A DNA stretch of 64,000 nucleotides from Basidiobolus meristosporus CBS 931.73 (lineage: Eukaryota > Fungi > Basidiobolomycota), in the NCBI GenBank assembly GCA_002104905.1, contig MCFE01000057.1, forward strand, positions 1 through 64,000, given 5' to 3'. The notes under the pieces are model-generated. The model searched no databases, was not told the DNA's origin, and saw nothing but the letters and a program-made list of their open reading frames with translations. Shown piece by piece: positions 23,648-36,024 of this stretch. Within the stretch, counting starts at the first letter, position 1; each line of letters begins with the position of its first letter. The translations under genes and the position numbers were made by a program.

Positions 23648-24037
23648 ATGTACAGATTGTCCATTTGGCTGTTTCTTGTGCCGCACATTTCATGTCTTTA
23701 TATCACGAATCCGATCTCAGCCACCATATGGCAAGTGGGCGGGATAAGCGTTCTACACTGGGAGCCGGCAGGCTCACCATCGGCTAGCTTAGAGATAGCA
23801 TTGCTCAAGGGAGATCCGGAAGACTTGAAAGTGGTAGAAATCATCGGAAGCCAGGTGGAGAGCGATCTCGATGGATATAGCTGGGTAGTTCCGCAAGATA
23901 TCGACTCGGGGTCCGATTATGTGGTCGGAATTAGCCGGGACAAAGAATGGTCATACAGCCATTACTTTACCATCATCAACAGCAATGACGAATTGGATTA
24001 TCGGTTCACTTTGCCGGCAGTAAATAGTGTAGAATAG
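23648..24037 (+). CDS. Small secreted Kre9/KNH-like N-terminal-domain protein (3' end uncertain)
   Basis: Signal peptide MYRLSIWLFLVPHISC, then LYITNPISATIWQVGG...I.LLKG...YSWVVPQD...YSHYFTI. No Ser/Thr stalk or GPI signal in the unspliced ORF. Confidence 0.75.
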   Translation: MYRLSIWLFLVPHISCLYITNPISATIWQVGGISVLHWEPAGSPSASLEIALLKGDPEDLKVVEIIGSQVESDLDGYSWVVPQDIDSGSDYVVGISRDKEWSYSHYFTIINSNDELDYRFTLPAVNSVE

Positions 24038-24196
24038 AGGTCTACAACGCAACATGAAGTCATCCCATTCTTTATACCCACTTGCCATACCCTTTCCAAT
24101 TGATTCGGAAACGCCTGCCCACCTCGCATTATTATACAACATCCAACAGAATAAATCTTTCTCTGGCTTTGGATATCCAGGGTTTATTCACTAAAA

Positions 24197-25260
24197 CTAC
24201 AGCTTCTTACTCTTGGCCTTCTTGGTGGTGAAGCGAGAGGCGACTGCTTGAATCATCTTGACGAACCAAACGATATTGAGCAAGTTCAACACGACATTCG
24301 CCACGCCATAGAGAACCATCAGGTAGATGGGAACCTGGTCGCGTACTGCCTTTACACCAACTATGTAGAAAATTACTGTGAATCCCGAATTCCGGTGAAC
24401 CCCGTATTGCCTGCTGATCTTACCGAAAACCTCATAAGAAGACCAGAAACCAAACACTATTCTGGCCAGGAAGAAGGTGGAGAGGAGGCATATCCCGTTG
24501 ATCAGTTGCATACGGCTGCCGGTGTAGCCTAGCTTATCCTAAAGAGGATGCCGCATGAATTGGCCAGAAGCAGATGGATGTATGCGTATGCATGTGCGTG
24601 GTCTACTTACCATGAACCAGTTGATATTCAAGAATGGGGTGCTGAGCTCGTACATCAAGAATACCGATCCATAATACATGAGAAAAGGCCGCTGATGCCC
24701 GCCGGGAGAAACGCCTGTGGTTAGAGACCGTGCTGTAAATCGATAATGAAACCTGGAAGGGCCTTACGAAAGCGTTGAGGTATACGGCGAAACAAGCGAT
24801 CCCGTGGAGGGCAAAACCTATACCGTATTCCCTCAGGTTTTTCAAGTGGAATAGAGCATCCCAAAGGAAATACCTTGTGAAGGTTAGAAAGTCCCGCTCC
24901 ATATATAGCCTCTTGTACATACCCGCAAGCTATTCCATATACGTCTCCTGCGTGACTATTGTAGCCGAATAGTTTGTCAGCCAAAAGCTCAGGTTCAAAC
25001 TGAAGAGGGTATGCCAGTACGCAGATGATGATGCAGTGGACCATAGAAACAACATGCACATCCCAACTGGTTTGTTTACTGGGCGCCAAGGAGCGGTACG
25101 TTTTTGGAAAGATAATCGGGGACAGAACACTGGACAGGTAAACAGTTCCCTGGCAAGCAATGGCGGACAGGAGCACAACCTGCCAGTGAAAGGTCAGTTT
25201 CTCCAAACCGAACTCCCGAAATATGGTCTGTATGGATTGCTCCAAAGTTGGCTCACTCAT
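24197..25260 (-). CDS. TLC (TRAM/LAG1/CLN8) domain membrane protein, TDA4/TMEM56-like, multi-exon
   Basis: Exons give W..HVVSMVH, ACGYFLWD, GFALHG, FLMYELSTPFLNINWF, FFLARIVFG, NLLNIVWFVKM. Confidence 0.88.
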
Positions 25261-25550
25261 CTGTTCTCAACTGAACCAAGCAGGAGGCGAAACTTTATCA
25301 GCATGAAGAATTTGGCTGCAACTAAGATTGTGAATGGTTTCCCAATGCAGAAATCGCCATCGATGGTGCTGATTCGATCTGGGATAGGTGGCAACTGCGT
25401 TTTACCATTGAAATGACTTTCCAAATCCAGCAACAACATTCACGGAGTACACCTTCCATATTACCCGAATGCCGCTGGGTGCACACTTCGTTGCAACATG
25501 GGTTTATTTAAATAAATTCATTACAGAGCTACATAGGAGGGGGAGTATCG

Positions 25551-27066
25551 TTAGATCGACGAAACGAGCCATTTCGAGAAGAGCACAAGCACGACGACGA
25601 GAGAGAGGAGTTCGTATGGGATGCCATGGTTTTGTAACTGAAGTTCGTATAAATGATGAGACGATGTGGCTGGTGACAGCTTCGCGGATTCTTTCACCTG
25701 GAAAAGAAGGGGGAGCGTGTTACGCAGGAGCAAAAACAATGTCAGCGGAGTGGGTAGAAACCTCGGGTGTGTTGATGTTCATCGAGCAATTGTCATTTGC
25801 GCCAGGGAAGACGGAGATATTGTACTTGCGGTTCGCAAGCTCGATGTTTTGAACATTCCCGAAAAAGTCCGTAATGGGAACCTGCGCGAAAGGAGGGAGT
25901 GTGAGTAGGCGCTTGGCCAGAGAAGTGGTTAGCAATTGATCGAACTTGGTCCAACGGCCGTTTGAATAGGTCACTACGGATCCCTGGATGGGATTTCATC
26001 AGAGTTGGGTCGTACGTGTCAAACTAGCAAGCTGTTAGCAAATGCGTGGTTGTGCGAATGCATCCAACGATATAGAGTACCAAATCCTTAAGCGTCGCTT
26101 TACTCTGCATGTTAATCTTCTCAAGGAACTCAAGGTTGTAGTAGGTGAAGCTATCGATTACTGCGACACCGATGTCGGGGTCCATGTGATGCTAGGTAAA
26201 TATAAAGCTCAGTCTCCGTATGAGAATCTGCGGTTTTGGGAATGCGGCCTACCGAATACGAGCTTTCGCCAAGCTTGCTGCTTCCAGTAGCAAGTATGTT
26301 GGGAGAGTAGATTTTGCTGTACATCGTGTTGGCTTGACAGGTATCGATCATGAACAGGACTTCGTTATATCTATGGTGGGACTTGTAAGCACCTTATTCG
26401 GCAGACTTGTGTCGCAACGACAGATACCTTTTCTTTTCCCACATCTGCTGAAAAGCGTCGGCAAGATCGAAGCTGCTGATTTCTTCTGCGTCCTGGAATT
26501 TCAAGAAATCTTCCCCGCCGTGTCCGGTCATGAACACGAAGATATTCGACCGATCGTCGGAGAGCAATCTCTTGGACCGAGGGACCTCGGAAGAAACACG
26601 ACCTTGAAAAGCGAGGTTGGTTCGCAATCAGCTCAGTGCTGGACCCGTTGCTTCAAGCGGAGCAAGGCTTACCTGTCAGGACGCGAATGAAATTCTCGAC
26701 GGTAACTTCGTAACCACGATAGTCCACCTCGACGTTGTCGCCGTATAGATCTAAATGTTTCCCTGCATTGTTAAATACAGTGCCGGGAAAAGTGTTTCTA
26801 GGGTTACAAGCAACATCATCTGCCAACATAAGAATGATATTGGAGTCCGGGATGCCTAGTCTTTTAACAGTGCGGTACATCGACAAGGTATTGGCTATGT
26901 GGCGATAGTTGAACCAGAAACGCGAGGTGCACACCTTCGTAACGGATTAGTTGGCAAAACCTGGAAACAAACTATAAGAGAGCCAGCTTCTTACCAGCAC
27001 CGCCCAGTTGTTGGTGTGACTGCCTTGTTTTAAAAATCCATCCACCACTTTCTCAGCGCTAGCCAT
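25551..27066 (-). CDS. GPI8: GPI-anchor transamidase catalytic subunit (peptidase C13), multi-exon
   Basis: [35 protein letters not shown] (catalytic His), IDTCQA (catalytic Cys). C-terminal TM segment joined through a predicted intron at ~25698-25761. True N-terminus uncertain. Confidence 0.93.
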
Positions 27067-27494
27067 GTTTACACTGGGTTATTGTGTGGACAGTGTAGAG
27101 AGTCACAACAGCGTACGTTGGGTGAGGATTAACAATGCACATTATATATATGATTGACTGATGATTGAGCAGGATGGTGCGATCGTTCATTGATTAATCA
27201 GCATTGATCTTTTTAGACAAAAATCAGCCAGACATTTCGTGAATACAATCTAGCGATAATCAACATAAAATGCAACATCGATAAATATATATAAAGTGCA
27301 AAACAATTCGCAAGAACACATCGAAAATATAAGGAAAGCAAAAGCAACCTGTCAGGGTGAAATGTCGGCAGTTATGAATATGATCCCGAAGCAGGTCAAC
27401 AGCTGCAGGAGCCTAGCATACGAATGGACACAACCACCATAGTAATCCAAGTCTAAAGTTGGGGAAAGGGCGCATCAATGGATGATATCAGAGT

Positions 27495-30400
27495 CTATCG
27501 CTTGTTGAAATTCTTATTCAGTAGGTTCAGAAGTTTGCCCACGTTCAGTTGAACATACTCAAGGTCCAGAGTATGGATGTTGTCTTGTTGCTATTTCAGA
27601 AGAGTCAATGAGTTCACTGGGGAGAGAATCATGGAAATTTGGCCCCACCTTCTCCAGTAAGTCATCAAGCTTTAGATCCATTTCAAGAATAGGTTTCTCG
27701 CGTCCTGGAAGTGGGGTTAAATACGAAAGAAATGGAGAACGATATCCAGATTGCCTACCTTTGTAATGCAGGGCAATAATGAATGTACCCGGCACTGGGG
27801 ACTGTATGTTGAAGAAGATGTTGTTTCGTCTAGACGAAGGAGATGGCATTAGCTAGTGGTGGCTGCTATCAACTTCATCAATCCTCGTACCTGTTTTCGG
27901 GGACGTTGCATTCCACAATGACTCCATCCCTTTCGAGATGGCCATGAGTGAACTTGATTGGTCCAGGGATATGAACCTTGGATTTCTCTTTGCCACCAGA
28001 CTGCATTCTGACATTTTGTAGGTAGGCTTTGTACGATTCCAGTTGCATACGGAGATAATTGTTGTGATCGCAAATGTTCTTGTAGACGTTCTCTAGCGAG
28101 GCAGCCTCCTGTAAGACCTTTTCGCGAATATTTCCCAAGTGAACCAATTCCTTTGTGCCGGTTAAGTGACTACTCGGTGTGCTCTTGATAAAGGGCTATG
28201 GACATTTACCTGATTCACCTCTTGAGTCATCAGGGCAAAGTTATCTTCACGATCAATCACCCCAGCTGCAGTAAGTTCGCTCAGCATCCCTTTCACCTTT
28301 ATGCCCCTGCGAACAAGTGTCCTCTCTTTGCTTGTTGCGGCAGTGTCGGCAATCTTCAGTAGTGACGTGACAGGTTTGTCAGCAAGATGAGGTAAGCTTC
28401 TGATGATTTGCACTAATAACGACTTGGCTTCCATATACAGGATATCATTCTGCGTAATAGCCCCTGCCCCGGATGGTCCTTCAGTGTCTGATATGTGTAA
28501 GTCTTAACTGTGCTTGACAAGCCAATGTTGCCCAAGAGATTACCATCAACCGGAGTTTCCCAGCGACTGAACAACGGTAAATCGATGCTGCAATTTTCAT
28601 GACGAGGAACCTGTGGCGGGGCAGGTCCGAGCTCGTCGAGAGACATTTTTATGTGCTGCTTATCATTAGGGCACTACAGAAGATGAAGTTCGTTAGGATT
28701 GAAGGCAGACAAGAGCAGAGGATCACGCATAAATGTACCAAAACTTCCTGGTGCTTGATTAGTAATGCATGTGTATTATATATTTCGTTCAGCGTTATAT
28801 TGAGGGACAAATCCTTTTTCGACAGAGCCATGTATTGATCCATCTAAAGTGTAGGGCCACGGGTTAGTGTTGGCTAGGTTTCTGAAGACCACACACACAG
28901 ACCTCCAGGGATTCGTAGAAATCTCCAACTTCGCATAGATCGTTCAGAAAGTGATTGATGCGGGTTTTGTTTTCGTCAACGAAAGAGTTGAGGGTCATCA
29001 TGTAGGCTTCCTTGGCATAAGACGGCTTGTTCGCAAGATTTTGTAGCAATTTCGCAATCTGCAGAATGATCTTAGCCAAACGCTCCTTTGTCTACAATTG
29101 AAACGCCTTACTAAAGTCAGGGTTCTACGGGGGTGCTTCGACGGGTTCTTTTCTATTAACATGTAGGCTTGTGGAGTGACGATAGCAGGATTCAGGAATC
29201 GGAGAAAGAAGAATCCCCCGATTAAGGAACAGATACTTAGATCAGTAGCGTCAGGGTATTTTCTCTATTTAACAACACCTTTGTAAAAAACTGCGTCGTA
29301 GGTAGGTCGTGACATCGCCACTCACCTTGGTCAAGGATCTGATCTGCTTGCAGATCCAGCGGATCCCGTATGGGACGGAGTCGATAGAATCAATGATGGT
29401 CGTAAGAAACATGTTGGCAATCTCTATCAGTGCCTGGATTCGGGGCTCAAGCGCTGCTTGCACTTGGGGATTTGCCTGGGCTTCCTCTGCTGAGACTCCT
29501 CGGGGGAGATTTACCGGTAGGCCCTTGTCTTCAAGGTCGGAGATAATCTGCTCATACACCTATTTGCATCGGAAGGCTTAGCCAGTGCAGAGTACAAGCT
29601 CGAGCGAATAGCGTCCTACCTTTAATGGATTGATTTCCAGATTCCGGTCTCTATCCTTGATAACGTTGCTGATACAATCAGAAAGCACAGTTTTGAGGTA
29701 GGATTGACCAGGACCACGTCTACATCCACAAATGTGAGGTTGGAATTAAGACACAACAACTGCGTACGCTATGACAACTGTACCTGGTATATGTATTCAT
29801 CATTCTCGATACTGGAGTATTCGCTCTCAGCAAACCGCCAAACTCTGTAGCGCTGTCAAATTGATTTGCCAAAACAGACTTCAACCAGCTGTCAGTCTCT
29901 ACGCCTCATCGAACAATGGCAAATCCGCTCACCTGAAACATGGAGAGCAACAGGTGCTCTTCTCTAGATTCATACTGATTTCCATACAAAGTAAACATCA
30001 CAGTTTGCAGCAACGTATCGATTTCTCCCAAGCTCACCAGCCGCACTAGCGTAGCAACATGGCGAGGTTCTGTTTGGAGAAGAAAGAAAAGCCCGCCATA
30101 TTGCTGGTAATGGAATCAGCCCTCAAGTAACAAAATGCTCAGAAACGCGGCTACAAGTACCTGTATCTTGCGATCGTCCGGGTAAGCGCCATCGGTGATT
30201 TCATCATCATCCAGATGAGATGCCACTTCCTGTCGATATGGCTTGAGTATCCGAGAAAGCATTTTGACCATGTGAATGATTCTATACTTTAAATTCCTCC
30301 AAAGCCATGTGGTTTTGAATCAAGAGAGCAATTCTTCCATCCAAGTATCTTACATCGCGCTCCAGTGTGAAATTCTTCTTGGACAAGCTCGAGATACTCG

Positions 30401-30728
30401 ATTTTAGTTGCCTCAAGCGCTTTTGTGCTATCGCAAGCGTCCAATTCATGGAAAGGGTTAGATTCGGCCGCTGCTACCCAAACGCAAAACTCACCGGCCT
30501 ACCGTTTGACAATTCATCCTCCACCTCAACATCCTGCTCAGCAGCCATGGAATAAAGAGCAGTCACCGAATATCTACGGCTGTCACGGGAGGTCAGGCCA
30601 GAATCTTGCCCATTTACGGGCAGACCTTGTGCAGCCGCGATGGTGACCGTACGAGCGAAGTTTCGGTTGGTTTGGTCGTAAGAAATTCCTCTCATGGAGG
30701 CGTGTTGACGGTGTGGAGATGTGGACAT
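27495..30728 (-). CDS. Ras GTPase-activating protein (S. pombe Gap1/Sar1-like; RasGAP + RasGAP_C), many introns
   Basis: [22 protein letters not shown]-terminus, [51 protein letters not shown]. Last exon [28 protein letters not shown]. Confidence 0.9.
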
Positions 30729-31211
30729 CCTAGTTAGTCAATTAGTGATAAAAACTTGAAAACCCCACCCAAGCAAAGAAGAAACAAGGCACACCAACCC
30801 AAGGTATTAGTAGTCGTCTATTTTGAGCTGAGGGTTCTTTGGAGCAAATAGTCGTGTACCAACAAGCGCTCGAGCAAGGATAAAATCTAATGCGTTTGAC
30901 GGAATTTGGAACGCCTGTCAGCACTCATAAAATCGCATATATTATACATGACTCCTCAGAAATCTACCCCTTCCCCTTGGATTGCGTCGATGCTGATTTA
31001 ATATATTGTTTCCTTTGTGCCACAACTAGATTCCCTACCTCACTGCATGCTTGAACTCTGTTTTTGTGACACAAATTAGGTGAGTTTTAGAGCCGCTAAC
31101 TGGATTGGGCCATTTATTTAGGTGATAATTTAATATATATATATATATAAATGTATGTGTGTATGTATGCATTTCATCTAGATAAAACAAACGTGAATGC
31201 TCGTTAGATTT

Positions 31212-31804
31212 CTAAGGGCAAACCGGCACACGAGAATAGTCAATTCTACTAGGATCCATCCCAAGAAACTCCAATGTCCAGTAGTTTCCGCGAGGGTCAA
31301 ATCCTGAGCCAGCGTGAGTAAAGCCAGGTGTGAGGATGTTTCGGCGGTGCACTAGGAGGAGTAGAGCAAGTAAGTAACCATGGCATACTCAGCAGGCATT
31401 GATGATTACCGTCAGAGTTCATCCATTTACGAACCACTGATTCTTCAGTTTGGTCGCCTACTGCTACGTTTTCAGCCTTACTCCGATAGTTGTAGCCGCG
31501 AGATCTGGCTACATCCCCCATATCCGGCCGATCGGAACGGCTATGTGTGACCTGACGCCGGTTGGCCTGGCTTTCCGAATGGTGCTGTGCATCTTCACTC
31601 AAGTCGCTTCATTTACGACCTCGTTAGTCCGCGTACTTCTTCCTGTCTCGTTAAGGAACCTTACCTATTCAGGATTAACGGCTTCAGCCCACGTGAGGTA
31701 CGCTCTCTGTTCACTAGACATATCAAGCGCTGTGCTGAATATGCCTCGACCACAGCCAAGACGGCCAACAAAACAGCAATTGAGAGAAGGGTCAGATATT
31801 TCAT
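31212..31804 (-). CDS. Secreted CAP/SCP (PR-1-like) protein, 2 introns
   Basis: Signal peptide MKYLTLLSIAVLLAVLAVVEA. Spliced product has LVNRERTSRGL, AENVA, WMNSDVHRRNIL, YWTLEF. Confidence 0.88.
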
Positions 31805-32137
31805 ATTGAACTTGGAGATATATACGACGGCTGCGTGCGAACCAAGTAAGGTTGGTGTCGATTCTGAGAAGCTTGGCACACTCATCAGCCCTTTTATGTA
31901 AACTTGTGAGTAGACACGAAGCTAACTTGCGTCTGTCGACATGGACTGGCCGCACTTTTTCGATTGTCGCCAGATCTCTCGGAGAATTGATGATGCAGTC
32001 GACAAGTAGGCGTCATCTAATCTTCTAATCGGCATCCCCATGCCTCAGACAAGCATGGATAAGTGGGTTTTATTATATAGCAATTATGATGTACTGAATG
32101 AGTGTCCGTTACATGGGAACTTCATAGCCCTTCTGGC

Positions 32138-33136
32138 TTACATTACAAGGGAGATTACTGCGAGCACAATGCCCCAAGCTGGAGACACGGATCCTGCCGA
32201 ATTTCTGTCGGATCGCTCGGCTTTTGTGGGCGCACTTGGTGCAGCGTCGGCAGTTGTAGAGGCATCAGTGGATGAGGTAATAGCCTCGGGAGCGGAGGAA
32301 GTTAAGGAAGAGGTTGAAGATGAGGAGGAAAGAGATGTTTTTGATGATGAAATGGAAGTTGTCGATACAGACTTCAAAGTTGAAGTTGGAGCATGATGCG
32401 AGGTCTCATGGGAAGAAGCTACTAAAGACTTGGTAGAGGTCTCATGGGAAGAGGTTAATGGAGACTTAGTAGAGGTGACCAAGGGTGTGCTACTAGAGCT
32501 TCCTGATGTTGAGATAGGGCTGCTCTCAGTGGATTCTGCAGAAGATTGAGGTGTGGTATCTGTTGAAGTTGAACTACTACTGTCTTTCTCGGAAACTGAG
32601 GATTTATGGTGTTCAGTAACGGAGGACTTCTCACTGCTATGAGATGAGGCTGTGCTCGAGGCAGAATGCATACTGTGAGTACTGGCCACATCTGTAATGG
32701 GAGTCACCAAAGCCCCAGTGGCGATAATCGAAACAGATGGGGTAGTATCGTCGGTGTTGGTAATGGTGAACCGGGTTGACCAAACGAGATACGGGTCCTC
32801 GGGATCCTTTTTGTTGGGAATGGTAAACCGCAAGAAATATAGCTTTCCGTAAGGCTTCACGTTGGGAACAACATATTTGATGGATGTCGTGTTCGCTTGC
32901 AGATCAGTTCCAATATTAGCCAGCTTTAGTTGGGACTCGTTCGAACCGGTATAAAGATCGAGAGTGAACGGCATCATTTCCTTAAGGCTGGGTTGGCCTC
33001 CTCTGTCATCCCAGGTAATCTCCACGGTAGTCCCGACTTTCCAGACTGAGTCGCCGGTCGGAGAAGTGGGGTAAATGGCACCATGGATGACACCGGCTAC
33101 ACTGAAAAGGACCGCAGAGAGTAAACACGATTTCAT
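32138..33136 (-). CDS. Ser/Thr-rich GPI-anchored protein with a Kre9/KNH-like N-terminal domain
   Basis: Signal peptide MKSCLLSAVLFSVAGVIHG; domain IYPTSP...WSTRFTI; long S/T stalk; C-terminal GPI signal NSAGSVSPAWGIVLAVISLVM. Confidence 0.9.
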   Translation of the reverse strand: MKSCLLSAVLFSVAGVIHGAIYPTSPTGDSVWKVGTTVEITWDDRGGQPSLKEMMPFTLDLYTGSNESQLKLANIGTDLQANTTSIKYVVPNVKPYGKLYFLRFTIPNKKDPEDPYLVWSTRFTITNTDDTTPSVSIIATGALVTPITDVASTHSMHSASSTASSHSSEKSSVTEHHKSSVSEKDSSSSTSTDTTPQSSAESTESSPISTSGSSSSTPLVTSTKSPLTSSHETSTKSLVASSHETSHHAPTSTLKSVSTTSISSSKTSLSSSSSTSSLTSSAPEAITSSTDASTTADAAPSAPTKAERSDRNSAGSVSPAWGIVLAVISLVM

Positions 33137-33626
33137 GAGAATTGACAAACTGGAGCCAGTAGAGCTCGGGGGTTTTCACGCTCACTTTTATAGCGACAAC
33201 TCCTCCTAAACATAGTACACTGCATTCAGATTCAACTGCCAAATCTTGGTGATAAGCCCTAATCCGGGGAAAGCGATAATCATTTTCAAGAAAAGCTCAC
33301 AGCTGGTAAAAATAGACCCTCCTTAGGTGCTTCTCATTCGAGCTCTAATTATCATTAGAATAAACCTTTCGAAGAGGTTGCTAAATCGAGTTTGTTTGTA
33401 TCAATAACTTTATGTGTACAGAATACTCTCAACCATTGCCCAATTCAGTCGCTCACTCATATATATACCAAGTTACCAAGATAAGCTATCCCCCGTTCCT
33501 ATTGGTCATCCTGCGATTTTGATGATTTATTCAACTTGGCATAAAGATATGCCATATTGATGAAGTTTTCAATGAACTGATTTATGGTCGGCGAACGTTT
33601 CCTCCTCTGCTCGTAACTTTCCTGAC

Positions 33627-34451
33627 ATGTACAACCGAATGGGTGCCACCGCTGTGAAGCGGTTGATGACTGAATATAGAGGTAGGGTTCTCTACTTGAC
33701 CCCCGGAACCACCAAGTTGAGATCGCTAAGCGCCGTTTATCACCACAGAACTTACAGTAAATGCCCCCGAAGGTATCACTGCTGGTCCCATCTCTGAAGA
33801 CAACTTTTTTGAGTGGGAGGCACTGATTGCGTAGGTTATTCTATAGTAAGGGGCAGAAATTCCACAGATTTCTAACCTTCGAGCAGCGGTCCCGAAGACA
33901 CCCCTTACGAGGGCGGGATTTTCTCTGCCATCATCACCTTCCCGAAAGATTACCCCCTATCGCCGCCAACCATGAAATTCACCTGTGATATGTTCCACCC
34001 TAATGGTACGCCGGGCCTCTATGTCTTGTCTGTTTTGAGTGCACCTGTAACTAATCGCTCGAATCACTCCCTAGTCTACCCTGATGGGGTTGTCTGTATT
34101 TCTATTTTACATCCTCCCGGTGATGACCCAAACATGTACGAGAGCAGCTCTGAGCGCTGGAGTCCCGTGCAATCGGTCGAGAAGATTCTGCTTTCCGTTG
34201 TAAGCATGCTAGCAGGTACGTACCAAGTTTGTTCCGCCCAACGTCTCCGTCGACTCACCCACCCGACTCTCGCAGAACCCAACGACGAGAGTGGAGCCAA
34301 CATTGAAGCCTGCGTAAGTTGAACCTATCCACGATCCCGGTATCACCCAATTTCACTCACCTGTTTGCCCGATCAGAAAATCTGGAGAGCCGACAGAAAC
34401 GAGTTCAACAACATTGTCAAGGATTTGGTTCGTAAAAACTTGGGTTTATGA
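33627..34451 (+). CDS. UBC7: E2 ubiquitin-conjugating enzyme Ubc7/UBE2G2, 5 introns
   Basis: [55 protein letters not shown] (catalytic Cys plus the Ubc7 acidic loop), EPNDESGAN. Confidence 0.95.
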
Positions 34452-34531
34452 TGGTCGATCAAAAGCACCCTTAGTGTTAGTTGTCATTTTATCATTAAAC
34501 ATCCACTGGATAGGTATTCTACCCTAGCAAA

Positions 34532-34594
34532 TGTGTGCGTGCTTGTGGTGTGTGTGTGTGTGTGTGCGTGTGTGCGTGTGTGTGTGGTATGTGT
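34532..34594. repeat. Imperfect (GT)n microsatellite
   Basis: GTGTGTGTGTGTGTGTGTGCGTGTGTGCGTGTGTGTGTG run between the UBC7 and Myb 3' ends. Confidence 0.9.
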
Positions 34595-34773
34595 AGGTGC
34601 GTATTGGAAAATCATGAGTGTTTAATGAGAAAATCTGGGAAATCCAGACGATATGGTACAGATAATTCAGAAAGGTAGAATTCTTGGGCAATCCTAACTT
34701 CAGTTCAAGTGACACAAACATGCAGATAAAGTGATCTAAGGGTAATCAACAAAGACGACGGACGAGGGGGCCG

Positions 34774-35862
34774 CTACGAACTGCCTTCGTACCGTTGTTC
34801 AAAATCATTGCTATCCGACCAGCCGTAGCGAACGTATGGCCCTACGGTGTGATCCACAAAAATCGTTCCCAGCCCTTTGCTCAGCAACATCTTCGCCCGT
34901 TGACGACACTGCTGGGGGCTTCTTCCCTCCAATTTCTCCGACACCACCTTCCAATTCCGGCCGTTGATGGCAATCTCCTCCATTAGAATATCCAGCTCTT
35001 CCGCAGTCCACGGGGCAAAATTGATGTTGGGGTCGAGGGCCAGTATCCACCGAGTCCGACACTGCGAAGGCGTCCTGCCTTCTATGTTCTTGGAGATATC
35101 TGACCAGCGGTTGGGCATTTTCGAATAAAGTTCGCGCAACAATCTATCCTCCTGCAAAGTCCAGTTCCCCTTTCTCACCCCAGGTGCCAGTTCCTCCCTC
35201 CATATCCTTCCTATCTGATTGATCGAGCAGTTGGGGAACTCCTTCCGAATGAGCTCCCAGTTCTCCCCGTGCTTTTTGACCAGGGTGAGCAGCTGGGCCT
35301 TCTCCTGCGTGGTCCACTTGCGCACCTTCGTGTTGGGGGAGTCGCATTTTATCCAGCGGGAGCGGATCTGGGCAGGGTATCGGTTGAGGATCTTGCTGAA
35401 GAAGGTCCACTTGGGACCGTACTGTCGGACGAGCTCCACCAACTTCTCCACCTCCTCCACGGTCCAGCGACCTTTCTTGAACGAGGGGTTGTATTTCTGA
35501 TAATAGTGGGCGGCACATTGGGTGGGCGAGCGACCGGGGATATTGGCCGCGATCACGGCCCAGTTACGCCGATGCTTTTGGACGTTTTCCAGGAGCAGCT
35601 GGGTTTCCGCCTCGTCCCAGACCCCGTACCGCTTCGGGGGCCCCTCGGCCGGTTTCTTCCCCGAGGTTTCTCCGTTTTTGTTGGCGGCGGGTTTGGGTTG
35701 GGTCGGGGAATGGGGTTTGGTGGGCGTGGGTGCGATCCGCGTCAAGGCGCTCTGGGTGAAGAGGGTTTTCTGCACTTGGAGGTATCTCTCTTTGGTCGGG
35801 ATCTTCCCGAACAAACGGAAGCCAGGTCGGGTCAAGGTGAAACAAGTCGTACAGGTTAGCAT
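34774..35862 (-). CDS. Five-repeat Myb/SANT protein with a presequence-like N-terminus, intronless, 362 aa
   Basis: Five W-x(17-19)-W repeats starting GVWDEAE, GRWTVEE, RKWTTQE, GNWTLQED and APWTAEE. N-terminal ~42 aa are rich in R/K/T/L/F with one acidic residue. Confidence 0.9.
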   Translation of the reverse strand: MLTCTTCFTLTRPGFRLFGKIPTKERYLQVQKTLFTQSALTRIAPTPTKPHSPTQPKPAANKNGETSGKKPAEGPPKRYGVWDEAETQLLLENVQKHRRNWAVIAANIPGRSPTQCAAHYYQKYNPSFKKGRWTVEEVEKLVELVRQYGPKWTFFSKILNRYPAQIRSRWIKCDSPNTKVRKWTTQEKAQLLTLVKKHGENWELIRKEFPNCSINQIGRIWREELAPGVRKGNWTLQEDRLLRELYSKMPNRWSDISKNIEGRTPSQCRTRWILALDPNINFAPWTAEELDILMEEIAINGRNWKVVSEKLEGRSPQQCRQRAKMLLSKGLGTIFVDHTVGPYVRYGWSDSNDFEQRYEGSS

Positions 35863-36024
35863 AGTGGACGTTCACTCCTGTATCCACTGGGCCTACTTGA
35901 ATTGGGACATGAATTAATTGAAAAAATTTGGTTTTATTCCGATAAATACAAATCAACCTTATATTGGTTGCGCGGGGTCACGTGAGAGGCGGGTGAGAAT
36001 TCGAATGGGTGAGCTGAGGAGCGC

